Positions 1-9,079 of a stretch of 64,000 nt of DNA are shown here, piece by piece. The position numbers were made by a program, and so were the translations under genes. Every line of letters begins with the position of its first letter. The first letter of the stretch is position 1. Origin of the DNA: Desulfobacterales bacterium (GTDB lineage: Bacteria > Desulfobacterota > Desulfobacteria > Desulfobacterales > UBA5616); the NCBI GenBank assembly GCA_046483495.1, contig JAWODC010000040.1, positions 32,001-96,000 of the forward strand. Reading direction: 5' to 3'. The notes beneath the pieces are model-generated. The model did not search any database and had not been told where the DNA came from. It saw only the letters and a program-made list of their open reading frames with translations.

Positions 1-294
1 AATCAGCACGGTTTCGATAAGCTCGCCGTCCGATAATTGAAACAGGTGTTTTATCGAGCCGTCGGCGGATTTGGCCGTTTCCGCCGGTGTCAGGCGGGTG
101 ATGGCAAACGCATCTTCGAGAAGAGACCGCAGCCTTTTCGAAAGATTTGTCATTGCACTGAAATCATCCGTCTGGCCGGTGAATATCCATTTGAAGATCT
201 GTTTGGCCCTGTAAGGTTCAAAGCCCCTTTCTGTCAGCCATGCGGACACTTCCTCCGGCCGGCAGTTGATGATATCGGTTCGTGATGATGCCAT
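1..294 (-). CDS. rlmN: 23S rRNA (A2503)/tRNA C2-methyltransferase RlmN, 5' part (runs off the left window edge)
   Basis: Not in the ORF track. Manual reverse-strand translation from ATG at 294 gives MASSRTDIINC...GFEPYRAKQIFKWIF...DDFSAMTNLSKRLRS...KSADGSIKHLFQLSDGELIETVLI, a typical RlmN N-terminus. Confidence 0.88.
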   Translation of the reverse strand, partial: MASSRTDIINCRPEEVSAWLTERGFEPYRAKQIFKWIFTGQTDDFSAMTNLSKRLRSLLEDAFAITRLTPAETAKSADGSIKHLFQLSDGELIETVLI

Positions 295-560
295 TTTTTC
301 CTATTTAAAAAATTTGAATTTTCGTGATTTCCGAATATGCTTGACACTACAGACTTTACATACTATTTTCAAGGATTTCTTTCGCTTAAGGGCTGCAGTG
401 TAAAACGGTAGCGAATTTTGTTGAATTTGGGCAAAAATTTTAATGCCCGAGAGGGATAAATTTTTGCTTTTTGCAGGATAACCTGTTATACTTACAAAAA
501 ATCGTAATTTACGAATACAATAAATACCACTAGGGGGGAGTCCCCGGGTTGTAAACAGGT

Positions 561-1892
561 ATGTTTGAAAATCTAAGCGAGAAACTGGATTCGGTGTTCC
601 GAAAGCTGAAGGGGCACGGTAAACTGACGGAGAAAAATATCGAGGACGGGTTGAAGGAAGTGCGGATGGCGCTTCTGGAAGCCGACGTGCATTACCGCGT
701 CGTCAAAAAATTCATTGCCGACACAAAAGAACGGGCCTTGGGCGGCGATGTGATGAAAAGTCTGACACCGGGTCAGCAGGTCATCAAGATCGTCAACGAG
801 CAACTCACGGAGCTCATGGGCTCCACCCATGAAGGGCTGTCGCTTTCCGGAGCGGCGCCGGTTTCGATCATGCTTGTCGGACTTCAGGGGTCAGGAAAGA
901 CCACTACAGCCGGCAAGTTATCTGTTTTATTGCGGAAACAGGGCCGCAAACCCTATTTGGTTCCGGCGGATGTTTACCGGCCTGCCGCCATCGAACAGTT
1001 GACAAAGATCGGTCAGCAGCTCGATATTCCGGTGTATCCGGCCGATACGGCCATGGATCCGGTGCACATAAGCAGCGACGCCGGAATCGCAGCGCAAAAA
1101 GCGGGATGCGATACACTGATTCTGGATACGGCAGGCAGGCTGCATATCGATGATGAGCTCATGGGTGAACTGGACCGCATCAAAAAAGCCGTTCGGCCCT
1201 CGGATATTTTGCTGGTTGCGGATGCCATGACAGGCCAGGATGCCGTTAATATCGCCAAATCGTTCAACGACAAACTGGATATCGGCGGCGTCGTGCTGAC
1301 CAAACTCGATGGCGATGCGCGTGGCGGCGCCGCATTGTCTATTAAAGCGATCACCCAAAAGCCGATAAAATTCGCGGGTGTCGGAGAGAAACTGAACGAT
1401 CTCGAACCGTTTCATCCCGAACGAATGGCCTCCAAAATACTGGGCATGGGCGATGTACTGACCCTGATCGAAAGAGCCCAGGAAATGGTGGATGAAAAAG
1501 AGGCGGCGGAACTCGAGAAGAAGCTGAGAAAAAGTGAATTCACACTTGAAGATTTTCGAAGCCAGATGGTTCAGGTGCGAAAGATGGGTTCCCTTTCAGA
1601 TATGCTGGATATGATTCCCGGGATGGGAAAAATGAAGCAGCTCAAGAACTTCACCGTGGATGACAGGGAACTGGTCAAAATCGAAGCCATCATCGATTCC
1701 ATGACCCCGGAAGAGCGAAGAAAGCACGCCATGATCAACGGCAGCAGGCGGAAAAGAATTGCCAAGGGAAGTGGAACAAGTGTACAAGATGTGAATAAGC
1801 TGCTTAAAAATTATGCCCAAGTTATGAAAATGATGAAAAAATTCAATAAAGGCGGCATGCGCGGACTTGGCCGGGGAATGTTGCCGTTCTAA
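561..1892 (+). CDS. ffh: signal recognition particle protein Ffh
   Basis: MFENLSEKL start, GLQGSGKTT, DTAGR, TKLDGDARGG, Met-rich M domain; upstream of rpsP. Confidence 0.98.
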   Translation: MFENLSEKLDSVFRKLKGHGKLTEKNIEDGLKEVRMALLEADVHYRVVKKFIADTKERALGGDVMKSLTPGQQVIKIVNEQLTELMGSTHEGLSLSGAAPVSIMLVGLQGSGKTTTAGKLSVLLRKQGRKPYLVPADVYRPAAIEQLTKIGQQLDIPVYPADTAMDPVHISSDAGIAAQKAGCDTLILDTAGRLHIDDELMGELDRIKKAVRPSDILLVADAMTGQDAVNIAKSFNDKLDIGGVVLTKLDGDARGGAALSIKAITQKPIKFAGVGEKLNDLEPFHPERMASKILGMGDVLTLIERAQEMVDEKEAAELEKKLRKSEFTLEDFRSQMVQVRKMGSLSDMLDMIPGMGKMKQLKNFTVDDRELVKIEAIIDSMTPEERRKHAMINGSRRKRIAKGSGTSVQDVNKLLKNYAQVMKMMKKFNKGGMRGLGRGMLPF

Positions 1893-1905
1893 GGAGAAAG
1901 GATAA

Positions 1906-2163
1906 ATGGCAGTTAAAATCAGATTGGCCAGACATGGGGCGAAAAAACGACCGTTTTATCGTATCGTTGTCGCGGATGTTGAAGCACCGAGGGATGGACG
2001 ATTTCTGGAGACCGTCGGCACCTACAATCCGCTGAAAGAACCCGCTGAAGTAATGTTTAAGGACGAACGGGTGGATTATTGGATAAAACAAGGCGCTACT
2101 CCGACGGAAACGGTAAGGAGCCTGTTAAAAAAAGAAGGATTTTATTCCAAATCCGCCGAGTAG
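1906..2163 (+). CDS. rpsP: 30S ribosomal protein S16
   Basis: [24 protein letters not shown]...[14 protein letters not shown]. Confidence 0.98.
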   Translation: MAVKIRLARHGAKKRPFYRIVVADVEAPRDGRFLETVGTYNPLKEPAEVMFKDERVDYWIKQGATPTETVRSLLKKEGFYSKSAE

Positions 2164-2208
2164 CGTCCGGACCCCTTATTCTCAGCAGCCGATAAAGGAG
2201 GCGGGGCT

Positions 2209-2439
2209 ATGAAAGAGCTGATCAAATATATCGCTCAGGCTTTAGTTGACAATCCGGAACAAGTGGAAGTTGCAGAAGTCGAGGGAAACCAGACTTCGGT
2301 ACTGGAGCTTAAAGTGGCAAAAGAGGATTTAGGGAAAGTCATCGGCAAACAGGGAAGGACTGCTCGTGCCATGCGGACGATTTTGTCCGCGGCATCTGCT
2401 AAAGTCAAGAAACGGACTGTCTTGGAAATCGTAGAATGA
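2209..2439 (+). CDS. khpA: KH-domain RNA-binding protein KhpA (YlqC)
   Basis: [19 protein letters not shown] motif; lies between rpsP and rimM. Confidence 0.93.
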   Translation: MKELIKYIAQALVDNPEQVEVAEVEGNQTSVLELKVAKEDLGKVIGKQGRTARAMRTILSAASAKVKKRTVLEIVE

Positions 2440-2443
2440 TCCG

Positions 2444-2950
2444 GTGAGCGAGCGTGATATGCTGGCCGTTGGAAGGATTACCGGTGTCCACGGGATCAGA
2501 GGCAGCCTGAAAATCATATACTATGCCGAACCGACCGGTATTCAAAAGGATGGGTTTACACTGATTCGCCATCCGTCCGGCTGGGAAAAAGAATTCGAGG
2601 TCAAGGGGGTCCGTCCTTATAAAAAAGGGGCCCTCTTATTCCTGGAAGAGGTGACGGACCGCAGCCATGCCGAGAAATTTGTCGGCGGCGAAATTTTTGT
2701 TTATCGACGTGATTTGCCGGAGCTGGAAGAGGGGGTTTACTATTGGGCCGATTTAATCGGAATGCAGGTATACGATGGCGACCGCCTTATCGGCCGAATG
2801 GAAGCTATCATCGAAACCGGCAGCAATGATGTATACGTCGTAAAAGATAAAAACGGGAAAGAAACACTGATTCCGGCTTTGGCATCGGTGGTTCTGGATG
2901 TGAATGTGAAAACGGAAACCATGCGGGTAAGATTACCGGATGGTTTATGA
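2444..2950 (+). CDS. rimM: 16S rRNA processing protein RimM
   Basis: VGRITGVHGIRG, YYWADLIG, ETGSNDVYVV; operon context. Confidence 0.96.
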   Translation: MSERDMLAVGRITGVHGIRGSLKIIYYAEPTGIQKDGFTLIRHPSGWEKEFEVKGVRPYKKGALLFLEEVTDRSHAEKFVGGEIFVYRRDLPELEEGVYYWADLIGMQVYDGDRLIGRMEAIIETGSNDVYVVKDKNGKETLIPALASVVLDVNVKTETMRVRLPDGL

Positions 2951-2967
2951 TTTTTTGGCGGATTGAA

Positions 2968-3756
2968 ATGAAATTTATTGCCTTGACGATTTTTCCGGAG
3001 ATGTTTGACTGTTTTTTTCAATACGGAATTATCAGAAAGGCGATCGAAGAAAAAAAAATTTCAGCCTCCACCGTCAACATACGGGATTACGCGACAGACA
3101 AGCACCGCACAACCGATGACCGTCCTTATGGCGGCGGTTGTGGAATGGTGATGAAACCGGAACCCTTAGCCGGTGCCCTCGAGCAGGCAGAAGCAATTGC
3201 CAAAGGCGCTCGGCGTATTTTGCTGACGCCCCAGGGGCGCAAATTCGACCAGCACATGGCAGCGGAGCTTGCCCTCGCGCCGGCACTGATTCTGATTTGC
3301 GGGCGTTACGAGGGGATCGATGAAAGAGTGTGCCATGGCTTTGTAGACGATGAGGTCTCGGTGGGGGATTTTGTTTTGACCGGCGGGGAGCTGCCCGCCA
3401 TGGTCGTTATGGAAGCTGTAACCCGGCTCATCCCGGGCACGCTCGGCGGCGAGGATTCAGCCCGGCAGGAAACGTTCACCGATAACCTGCTGGAGCATGC
3501 CCATTTTACCCGCCCAAGAGAGTTTCAGGGAAAACGGGTGCCGGATGTGCTGTTCTCCGGAAATCATGAGGCCATATCGCGGTGGCGTCGTGAATCGTCG
3601 ATGATACGTACCTTCCTAAAACGAATGGATCTTTTGGAGAACAGGGCGTTGACATCCGAGGAAATCCGGATATTGGAAAAGTGGTGTCTTGAAATCGAAC
3701 GAATTATCAAAAACCAGACTTTACGTGGCACTGGCGCATTATCCGGTGGTGAATAA
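2968..3756 (+). CDS. trmD: tRNA (guanine-N1)-methyltransferase TrmD
   Basis: LTIFPEMF, DDRPYGGGCGMVMKPEP, CGRYEGIDER, SVGDFVLTGGELPA, SGNHEAI; start placed at MKFIAL. Confidence 0.97.
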   Translation: MKFIALTIFPEMFDCFFQYGIIRKAIEEKKISASTVNIRDYATDKHRTTDDRPYGGGCGMVMKPEPLAGALEQAEAIAKGARRILLTPQGRKFDQHMAAELALAPALILICGRYEGIDERVCHGFVDDEVSVGDFVLTGGELPAMVVMEAVTRLIPGTLGGEDSARQETFTDNLLEHAHFTRPREFQGKRVPDVLFSGNHEAISRWRRESSMIRTFLKRMDLLENRALTSEEIRILEKWCLEIERIIKNQTLRGTGALSGGE

Positions 3757-4267
3757 AAACGGCCGAACCATTGCATCGGCGGTGACAAGCCTGGATCTTC
3801 ATGATATCGCAAGGGCTTCGAAAACGTTCGGCATCGAGCTTTTCTATGTGGTTACGCCTCTCGAGGATCAGAAAATACTCGTCGACCGGATTGTCAGGCA
3901 CTGGACGGACGGCCCGGGATCTCACTATAATGGGCTGCGAAAACAGGCGTTGGAGCTGATTCGAATTGAACATAGCCTTGAATCGGCTAAGCGGCATATC
4001 GCCGGATTCGGAGACGGCGCGCCAAAAGTGGTCGCGACCTGCGCCCGGCACATCGACAACAGCATTGATTATGATCGGATGAAGGAAATGCTGGCGACCG
4101 GAGATCCCTATCTTCTGGTGTTCGGAACGGCTTGGGGTCTGCCGGATACGTTGCTGAAAAGCACGGATTACGTGTTGGAGCCCATAGGCAAAAACAAAGG
4201 CTATAATCATCTTTCGGTGCGAAGCGCCGCAGCGATTATGCTGGATCGGCTGGTGGGGGAGGCGTGA
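3689..4267 (+). CDS. SPOUT-class RNA methyltransferase (DUF2168-like)
   Basis: LYVALAHYPV, DLHDIAR, LLVFGTAWGL, YNHLSVRSAAAIMLDRL; overlaps the trmD 3' end; start uncertain. Confidence 0.85.
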   Translation: MKSNELSKTRLYVALAHYPVVNKNGRTIASAVTSLDLHDIARASKTFGIELFYVVTPLEDQKILVDRIVRHWTDGPGSHYNGLRKQALELIRIEHSLESAKRHIAGFGDGAPKVVATCARHIDNSIDYDRMKEMLATGDPYLLVFGTAWGLPDTLLKSTDYVLEPIGKNKGYNHLSVRSAAAIMLDRLVGEA

Positions 4268-4381
4268 ACACCCGATATGCGTCCGGAATGGTCATTTTTT
4301 AGTTGACTTGAAATCTGTATGATTTATTAAGAAAGCTTTTTAGACGAAACACTACCAAACTCGAGCAGGAGATTACGCATC

Positions 4382-4726
4382 ATGAAAGCTATAGAACAGA
4401 TCGGAAAAGAAGTGATGCGCCTTGATCACCCGAATTTTTTACCGGGGGATACGATTAAGGTTCATGTTAAAATAAGGGAGGGGGATAAAGAGCGCATCCA
4501 GATTTTTCAGGGTGTCGTCATCGGGAAAAAAAATAATGGCGCCAATTCGACGTTTACCGTCCGAAAAGTTTCCTACGGCGTCGGCGTTGAACGTGTTTTT
4601 CTGTTCCATTCCCCCGTTATCGAAAGAATTGAAGTGGTGACACGGGGACGTGTCCGTCGGGCTAAGATTTATTATCTTCGGAAGTTGCGAGGGAAGGCTG
4701 CCAGAATTAAGGAGCGCCGTTTCTGA
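4382..4726 (+). CDS. rplS: 50S ribosomal protein L19
   Basis: [44 protein letters not shown]. Confidence 0.98.
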   Translation: MKAIEQIGKEVMRLDHPNFLPGDTIKVHVKIREGDKERIQIFQGVVIGKKNNGANSTFTVRKVSYGVGVERVFLFHSPVIERIEVVTRGRVRRAKIYYLRKLRGKAARIKERRF

Positions 4727-4776
4727 ATGGAGATTCATGGGTTTGGAAACGGCGTCTTTCGTGGTGTATAGTTAAG

Positions 4777-4826
4777 GCTGAAAGCTCGAGGTTGAAAGGG
4801 TCGAGGCTCGATGCTGAAGGCTCAAC
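4777..4826. repeat. degenerate 7-bp tandem array (GCTGAAA/GCTCGAG-like, ~7 units)
   Basis: gctgaaa gctcgag gttgaaa gggtcga(g) gctcgat gctgaag gctcaac in the rplS-rnhB spacer. Confidence 0.55.
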
Positions 4827-4977
4827 ATTGTCACACTACTCCTGAAGACCAAAAACGTGTTTACCGGCGCTTGTTTTCATCCATTTCTATTCTGCGGTGC
4901 CTGCACCGATTTGTCAGTGGAAATGGATGTTCGCAGTTACCTGGGCACTACCTATTCATCAGCAGGATCTTTGCAGC

Positions 4978-5604
4978 GTGAACCTGTGGGCATATGAAAA
5001 GCAAGCCATATCGGCGGGATATTGCCGAATCGCGGGTATCGATGAGGCCGGCCGGGGGCCATTGGCCGGTCCTGTGGTTTCCGCCGCTGTTATACTGCCG
5101 TCAACCTTTTCCGTTCCGGATGTCACGGATTCCAAGAAACTCGCCCCGCAAAAACGGGAATATTTGTATGGCCGGATCTACGAGCAGGCGGTCGCCGTCG
5201 GGATCGGCATTGTCGACAGCAATGAAATCGACCGTATCAACATCTTGAATGCCTCTCTCCTTTCGATGGTGATGGCGGTAGGCAATCTGTTTCCCATGCC
5301 TGACTTTTTGCTCATCGACGGCAATTTCCCCATCCGTTCGGCGATTCCCCAGGAGACGGTGGTGCGTGGCGATTCACTGAGCATTTCCGTGGCGTGTGCT
5401 TCGATCGTCGCTAAAGTAACACGGGACCGATTGATGGAGCGATATCATGAGGATGATCCCCGCTATGGATTCGATCAGCACAAAGGATACGCCACCCGGG
5501 AGCACAGAGAAGCCATTCGAAAATACGGATACTGCTTTATTCATCGAAAAACATTTAAAGGGGTGGATATGCCCCTGCAGCTTCAGTTGTTTGGGGAAAC
5601 ATGA
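4978..5604 (+). CDS. rnhB: ribonuclease HII
   Basis: IAGIDEAGRGPLAGPV, DSKKL, LIDGN, ASIVAKVTRD, HKGYAT; GTG start at 4978 preferred. Confidence 0.96.
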   Translation: MNLWAYEKQAISAGYCRIAGIDEAGRGPLAGPVVSAAVILPSTFSVPDVTDSKKLAPQKREYLYGRIYEQAVAVGIGIVDSNEIDRINILNASLLSMVMAVGNLFPMPDFLLIDGNFPIRSAIPQETVVRGDSLSISVACASIVAKVTRDRLMERYHEDDPRYGFDQHKGYATREHREAIRKYGYCFIHRKTFKGVDMPLQLQLFGET

Positions 5605-6326
5605 TGCAAGCCATCAAGTCCGTGCTGTTCGATTTCGGTGGAACACTATTCGACTATAGGGATCTTGAAAAGGCGGAACGTGAATGCCTGATCCATATGG
5701 CCGATTACCTGGGGGTCGAAGCCACGGCGGAGGAGATCCTGGCCCTTTATCGCCAAGCAATGGGAAAGGTATTCATGGCATATCTTCCCAGGAAATTTTA
5801 CCTTCACCGGGACCTGTTCAGGGACGCATTCATGGAGTTGCTTCAGGGACTCGGGGTCGAGCCCCATCCGAACCATTATGAGCGGTATCGCGTAAAACAG
5901 TGGGAACTGCACAAGCGGGATTTTCAATTGAGAAAGGGGGTGCCGGAAACGCTGGACAGACTGAAACGAGGGAATATGCATCTTGGCATCGTCAGTAATA
6001 TCGATGAAGATCAATTATCCCTTTTACTGGAAATTTCAGGTATCGAGCCGTATTTTGACGATATTATTTCCAGCGAGAAGACAGGATCGTGCAAACCGGA
6101 TTCGGCCATTTTCAATCATGCCCTGGCCCGTGTCAATTGTCGTGCCGAGGAAGTGCTGTTTGTCGGTGATACACCCCTGCAGGATATTTCCGGTGCTAAA
6201 AAAGCAGGTATGAAAACCGTTCTGATCGACACCCGTGAACGTTACGGCGATTCAGAGCCGGAATTGACGCCCGATTTCATTATACGTGAAATACCCGAAT
6301 TGCCGGACCTGATATGGAACGGTTGA
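5601..6326 (+). CDS. HAD-superfamily hydrolase
   Basis: FDFGGTL motif I, VSN, KPD, FVGDTPLQDISGA. Confidence 0.9.
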   Translation: MMQAIKSVLFDFGGTLFDYRDLEKAERECLIHMADYLGVEATAEEILALYRQAMGKVFMAYLPRKFYLHRDLFRDAFMELLQGLGVEPHPNHYERYRVKQWELHKRDFQLRKGVPETLDRLKRGNMHLGIVSNIDEDQLSLLLEISGIEPYFDDIISSEKTGSCKPDSAIFNHALARVNCRAEEVLFVGDTPLQDISGAKKAGMKTVLIDTRERYGDSEPELTPDFIIREIPELPDLIWNG

Positions 6327-6408
6327 TTTGATTTGCCGAATACATCAAACCTTGATATGAAGGGTCGAGTTGTCCTGAGTTAAACATGTGATCAAAAGGA
6401 GGTTGCGT

Positions 6409-7056
6409 ATGAAAAGAGGATTGACCCTATTGCTCATTCCGGCACTTCTATGGATGCTGGTGGGCTGTGCCGGCCAAACGCGACAGCAGCGGGGAACCGC
6501 AACGGGAGCTGCGGTAGGGGCCGGCGTCGGTGCAATTTTAGGTCAAGCTATCGGAAAGGATACCCAAGGGACACTGATGGGGGCCGGAATCGGTGCGGTA
6601 TTGGGCGGCATCGCGGGCAATCAGATCGGCGCTTATATGGATCGCCAGGAACAGGCTCTCCGGCAGGCAGTAGCGGCCTCTGAAGCGGCAAGTATTCAGC
6701 GGGAACAAGATATTCTCACTGCAACATTCAAATCCGAAGTCATGTTCGATTTCGATTCCGCCGCGTTGAAGCCGGGCGGGTATACAGAAATCGCCAGGGT
6801 TGCCGACGTGTTGAACAATTACCCGCAGACCATGCTGCATGTTCAGGGGCATACCGATGCCACCGGTCCGGAGGACTACAACATGCGGCTGTCCCAGAGA
6901 AGGGCGGAAGCCGTCAAAAATGCGCTGATTCAACAGAATGTGGATGAGCGCAGGATTACCGCAACCGGGTATGGCGAATCGCAGCCGATATCTTCCGAGC
7001 CTGCTGTGAACCGGAGAGTCGAGATCGTTATCACCCCGATTCGTGCCCAAACCTGA
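6409..7056 (+). CDS. OmpA-family lipoprotein with glycine zipper (YiaD-like)
   Basis: Lipobox LVGC, GAAVGAGVGA zipper, FDFDSAALK, GHTD, LSQRRAEAV, NRRVEI. Confidence 0.92.
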   Translation: MKRGLTLLLIPALLWMLVGCAGQTRQQRGTATGAAVGAGVGAILGQAIGKDTQGTLMGAGIGAVLGGIAGNQIGAYMDRQEQALRQAVAASEAASIQREQDILTATFKSEVMFDFDSAALKPGGYTEIARVADVLNNYPQTMLHVQGHTDATGPEDYNMRLSQRRAEAVKNALIQQNVDERRITATGYGESQPISSEPAVNRRVEIVITPIRAQT

Positions 7057-7081
7057 TTTGCGCTTACAAACTGTTGCTAAA

Positions 7082-7121
7082 AAGAATCGGCTGAAATGAC
7101 AAACGGTTTCAGCCGATTCTT
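7082..7121. terminator. perfect 15-bp inverted repeat between convergent genes (possible bidirectional terminator)
   Basis: aagaatcggctgaaa-N10-tttcagccgattctt; the right arm overlaps the stop codon of the minus-strand gene. Confidence 0.55.
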
Positions 7122-8182
7122 CTCCAGGTTGACCTATCCGGGCCATCTTCTACGGCAATACCGAAGGATGAGAGCGAATCCCGGACGGCATCGGCCAGAT
7201 CCCACCTTTTTTCCCTCCTGAGTTCCGACCGTATGTCGAATAGAAGTTCGATAACGGTGTCGGGGAGTTCACCTTTTTTTTCGATTCCTTCGGGTGGTTC
7301 GCCGGCACCGATAAACGGCTCCGGTTGCGGTATGCGGGGAGAAAATCCTGCTGTGCCGGCATCATCATTACTGCGCCGGTGATCAGGTTCGAGGCACGTA
7401 AGATCGAACCGGTCTTTCGAGTGAAATTGCCTTTCACCGTCCTCTTTTTTCAGGGTTACCGTTCCCGACCCGCCGACAGTACAACAATTTTGTGCAAAGT
7501 CGAGCGTTAAGGCCGTATATTCGTCAATACCCACGATAACGGTGGAAGCCGGCAGCTGTTTTTCGAGCACTTGCAGCCGAGGGGCGCCCATATAACAAAA
7601 TCGGGTGTCATGGGTGCCGCCCTCCTTGTTGTTCCAGTGGGGAATGATCACCGGTTCGAGTCCCCATGGCGCTAAAAAATTCAGACCGTTCATCCAGTGC
7701 AGCGGCTCACCGACCTTGTATATTTCATATACCGGAAGAGCAAAGGCGCCTATCGCAATGGAAGCCGCACTGGCAAGAACGATGTGAGCGCCGCCTGCCA
7801 ACTGCGACTGCAGGGTATTTAAAATGCGCGTGTTGCGCCACTGCCGGACCGTATACGTGGGGCTTCCCGGACCCGCGAAAATGTAGTTCGCCCGCAGAAT
7901 TTCGGTCAGGGCTTTATTCTCTTTTTCCGGGGGTATGGCGGATGATGTGTATGAAGCGATGGCAAGGGGCATATTGAAGTGTTTTTTAAAATACCGGACG
8001 GCCTTTTCCGAAATTTCATCGATATTTAACTGAAAGCCGGCCGGAGTATCGATGAAGACGGGCCGAACCGGCGGGATGATGTTTTTCATCACCCGCCGAT
8101 GGACTTTGCTCATGGGGGGGGACATTTCCCCTGATCCGATGAGTGTGATACTCCCCTTTCGTGGGTCTTTTTTATCCTGCAT
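7109..8182 (-). CDS. peptidase S51/cyanophycinase-like hydrolase fused to a CysRS-type C-terminal anticodon-binding domain
   Basis: LIGSGE, YIFAGPGSP, ASAAS, IIPHW, GIDEYTAL; C-terminus RSELRREKRWDLADAVRDSLSSFGIAVEDGPDRSTWRR. Confidence 0.8.
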   Translation of the reverse strand: MQDKKDPRKGSITLIGSGEMSPPMSKVHRRVMKNIIPPVRPVFIDTPAGFQLNIDEISEKAVRYFKKHFNMPLAIASYTSSAIPPEKENKALTEILRANYIFAGPGSPTYTVRQWRNTRILNTLQSQLAGGAHIVLASAASIAIGAFALPVYEIYKVGEPLHWMNGLNFLAPWGLEPVIIPHWNNKEGGTHDTRFCYMGAPRLQVLEKQLPASTVIVGIDEYTALTLDFAQNCCTVGGSGTVTLKKEDGERQFHSKDRFDLTCLEPDHRRSNDDAGTAGFSPRIPQPEPFIGAGEPPEGIEKKGELPDTVIELLFDIRSELRREKRWDLADAVRDSLSSFGIAVEDGPDRSTWRRIG

Positions 8183-8355
8183 GGCATTATATGTTAGCAG
8201 ACAGGAGAAAAACCGGCAATGCTTTGCCAAAAATCACCTTTTACCCGTATTCCGATAGGTATAGATGACCATTGAAAATAGCCTTATTCGCTCGTTGGCG
8301 GCATTTTCGGTTCGGCTTTTGCGCCACGGCTCGTAGGACTGAACCGCTCGGTTTT

Positions 8356-8994
8356 CTATGGCCCTGTCGAAAGCGCAAACAGCCAAATGGCCGTGTAATA
8401 TGTTCCGAGAACGGCGGCATGGGCATGTTTGAAAGGCCTTATGAACCGTTGGTAAGCGAGCATGAAATCCGATACCATGAAAAAGGATGCTCCCAGACCT
8501 GCGATCATTGCATCGGCCGTTTTCAGGATATGCCATCTTTCCCAGGACTGCCAGAGCATGACCGAGATAACGATGATATATGTCAAAACGGCGGGTTTCA
8601 GTTTTCCGGCATGCGGCAACAGGAAAAGCGATGCCGCGGCTGCAATCAGAAAAACAGGGATTGCGATCCAGCCGGTCGGCATTGGACCGGATGAAGTCGC
8701 GAAGGCCATGATGAAGAGAATGTGGGCAACCAGAAAACTCGACAACCCGGCGATGAACCTGTCCTTTGGCAGCATTAAAAAAACATCCCCCCAAAGGGAA
8801 AAGAAAATTCCGGCAATGACAAAGTATCCGTAGGCCGACGCCGAGTCGGAAACCGAGATGAGCCCGATCACCAGGATCAGAACGGTGGTCAGCGGTTTGA
8901 ATACATAAAGCTGCAGGGCGGAGCCGGAATATTTGGAGCGGATGCAGAGAAGTGCGGAGGCGGCGGACAACAGGGAAAGAAATAATATCGGCAT
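8356..8994 (-). CDS. YhhN/TMEM86 lysoplasmalogenase-family membrane protein
   Basis: FKPLTT, SLWGDVFLM, GLSSFLVAHILF, FFMVSDFMLA, TYYTA; multiple TM segments. Confidence 0.88.
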   Translation of the reverse strand: MPILFLSLLSAASALLCIRSKYSGSALQLYVFKPLTTVLILVIGLISVSDSASAYGYFVIAGIFFSLWGDVFLMLPKDRFIAGLSSFLVAHILFIMAFATSSGPMPTGWIAIPVFLIAAAASLFLLPHAGKLKPAVLTYIIVISVMLWQSWERWHILKTADAMIAGLGASFFMVSDFMLAYQRFIRPFKHAHAAVLGTYYTAIWLFALSTGP

Positions 8995-9079
8995 GGCTTC
9001 CCATATGTTTTTACGTTATAGGACCGACGGAGGATGCAAAAGGGTTACTCCGGATACGATGGTATCCCCGGAAGCCGGC

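Noticed and set aside
8260..8350. Possible remnant of another palindromic repeat family (tagatgaccattgaaaatagcc...)
   Set aside because: No second copy or matching terminus in this window.
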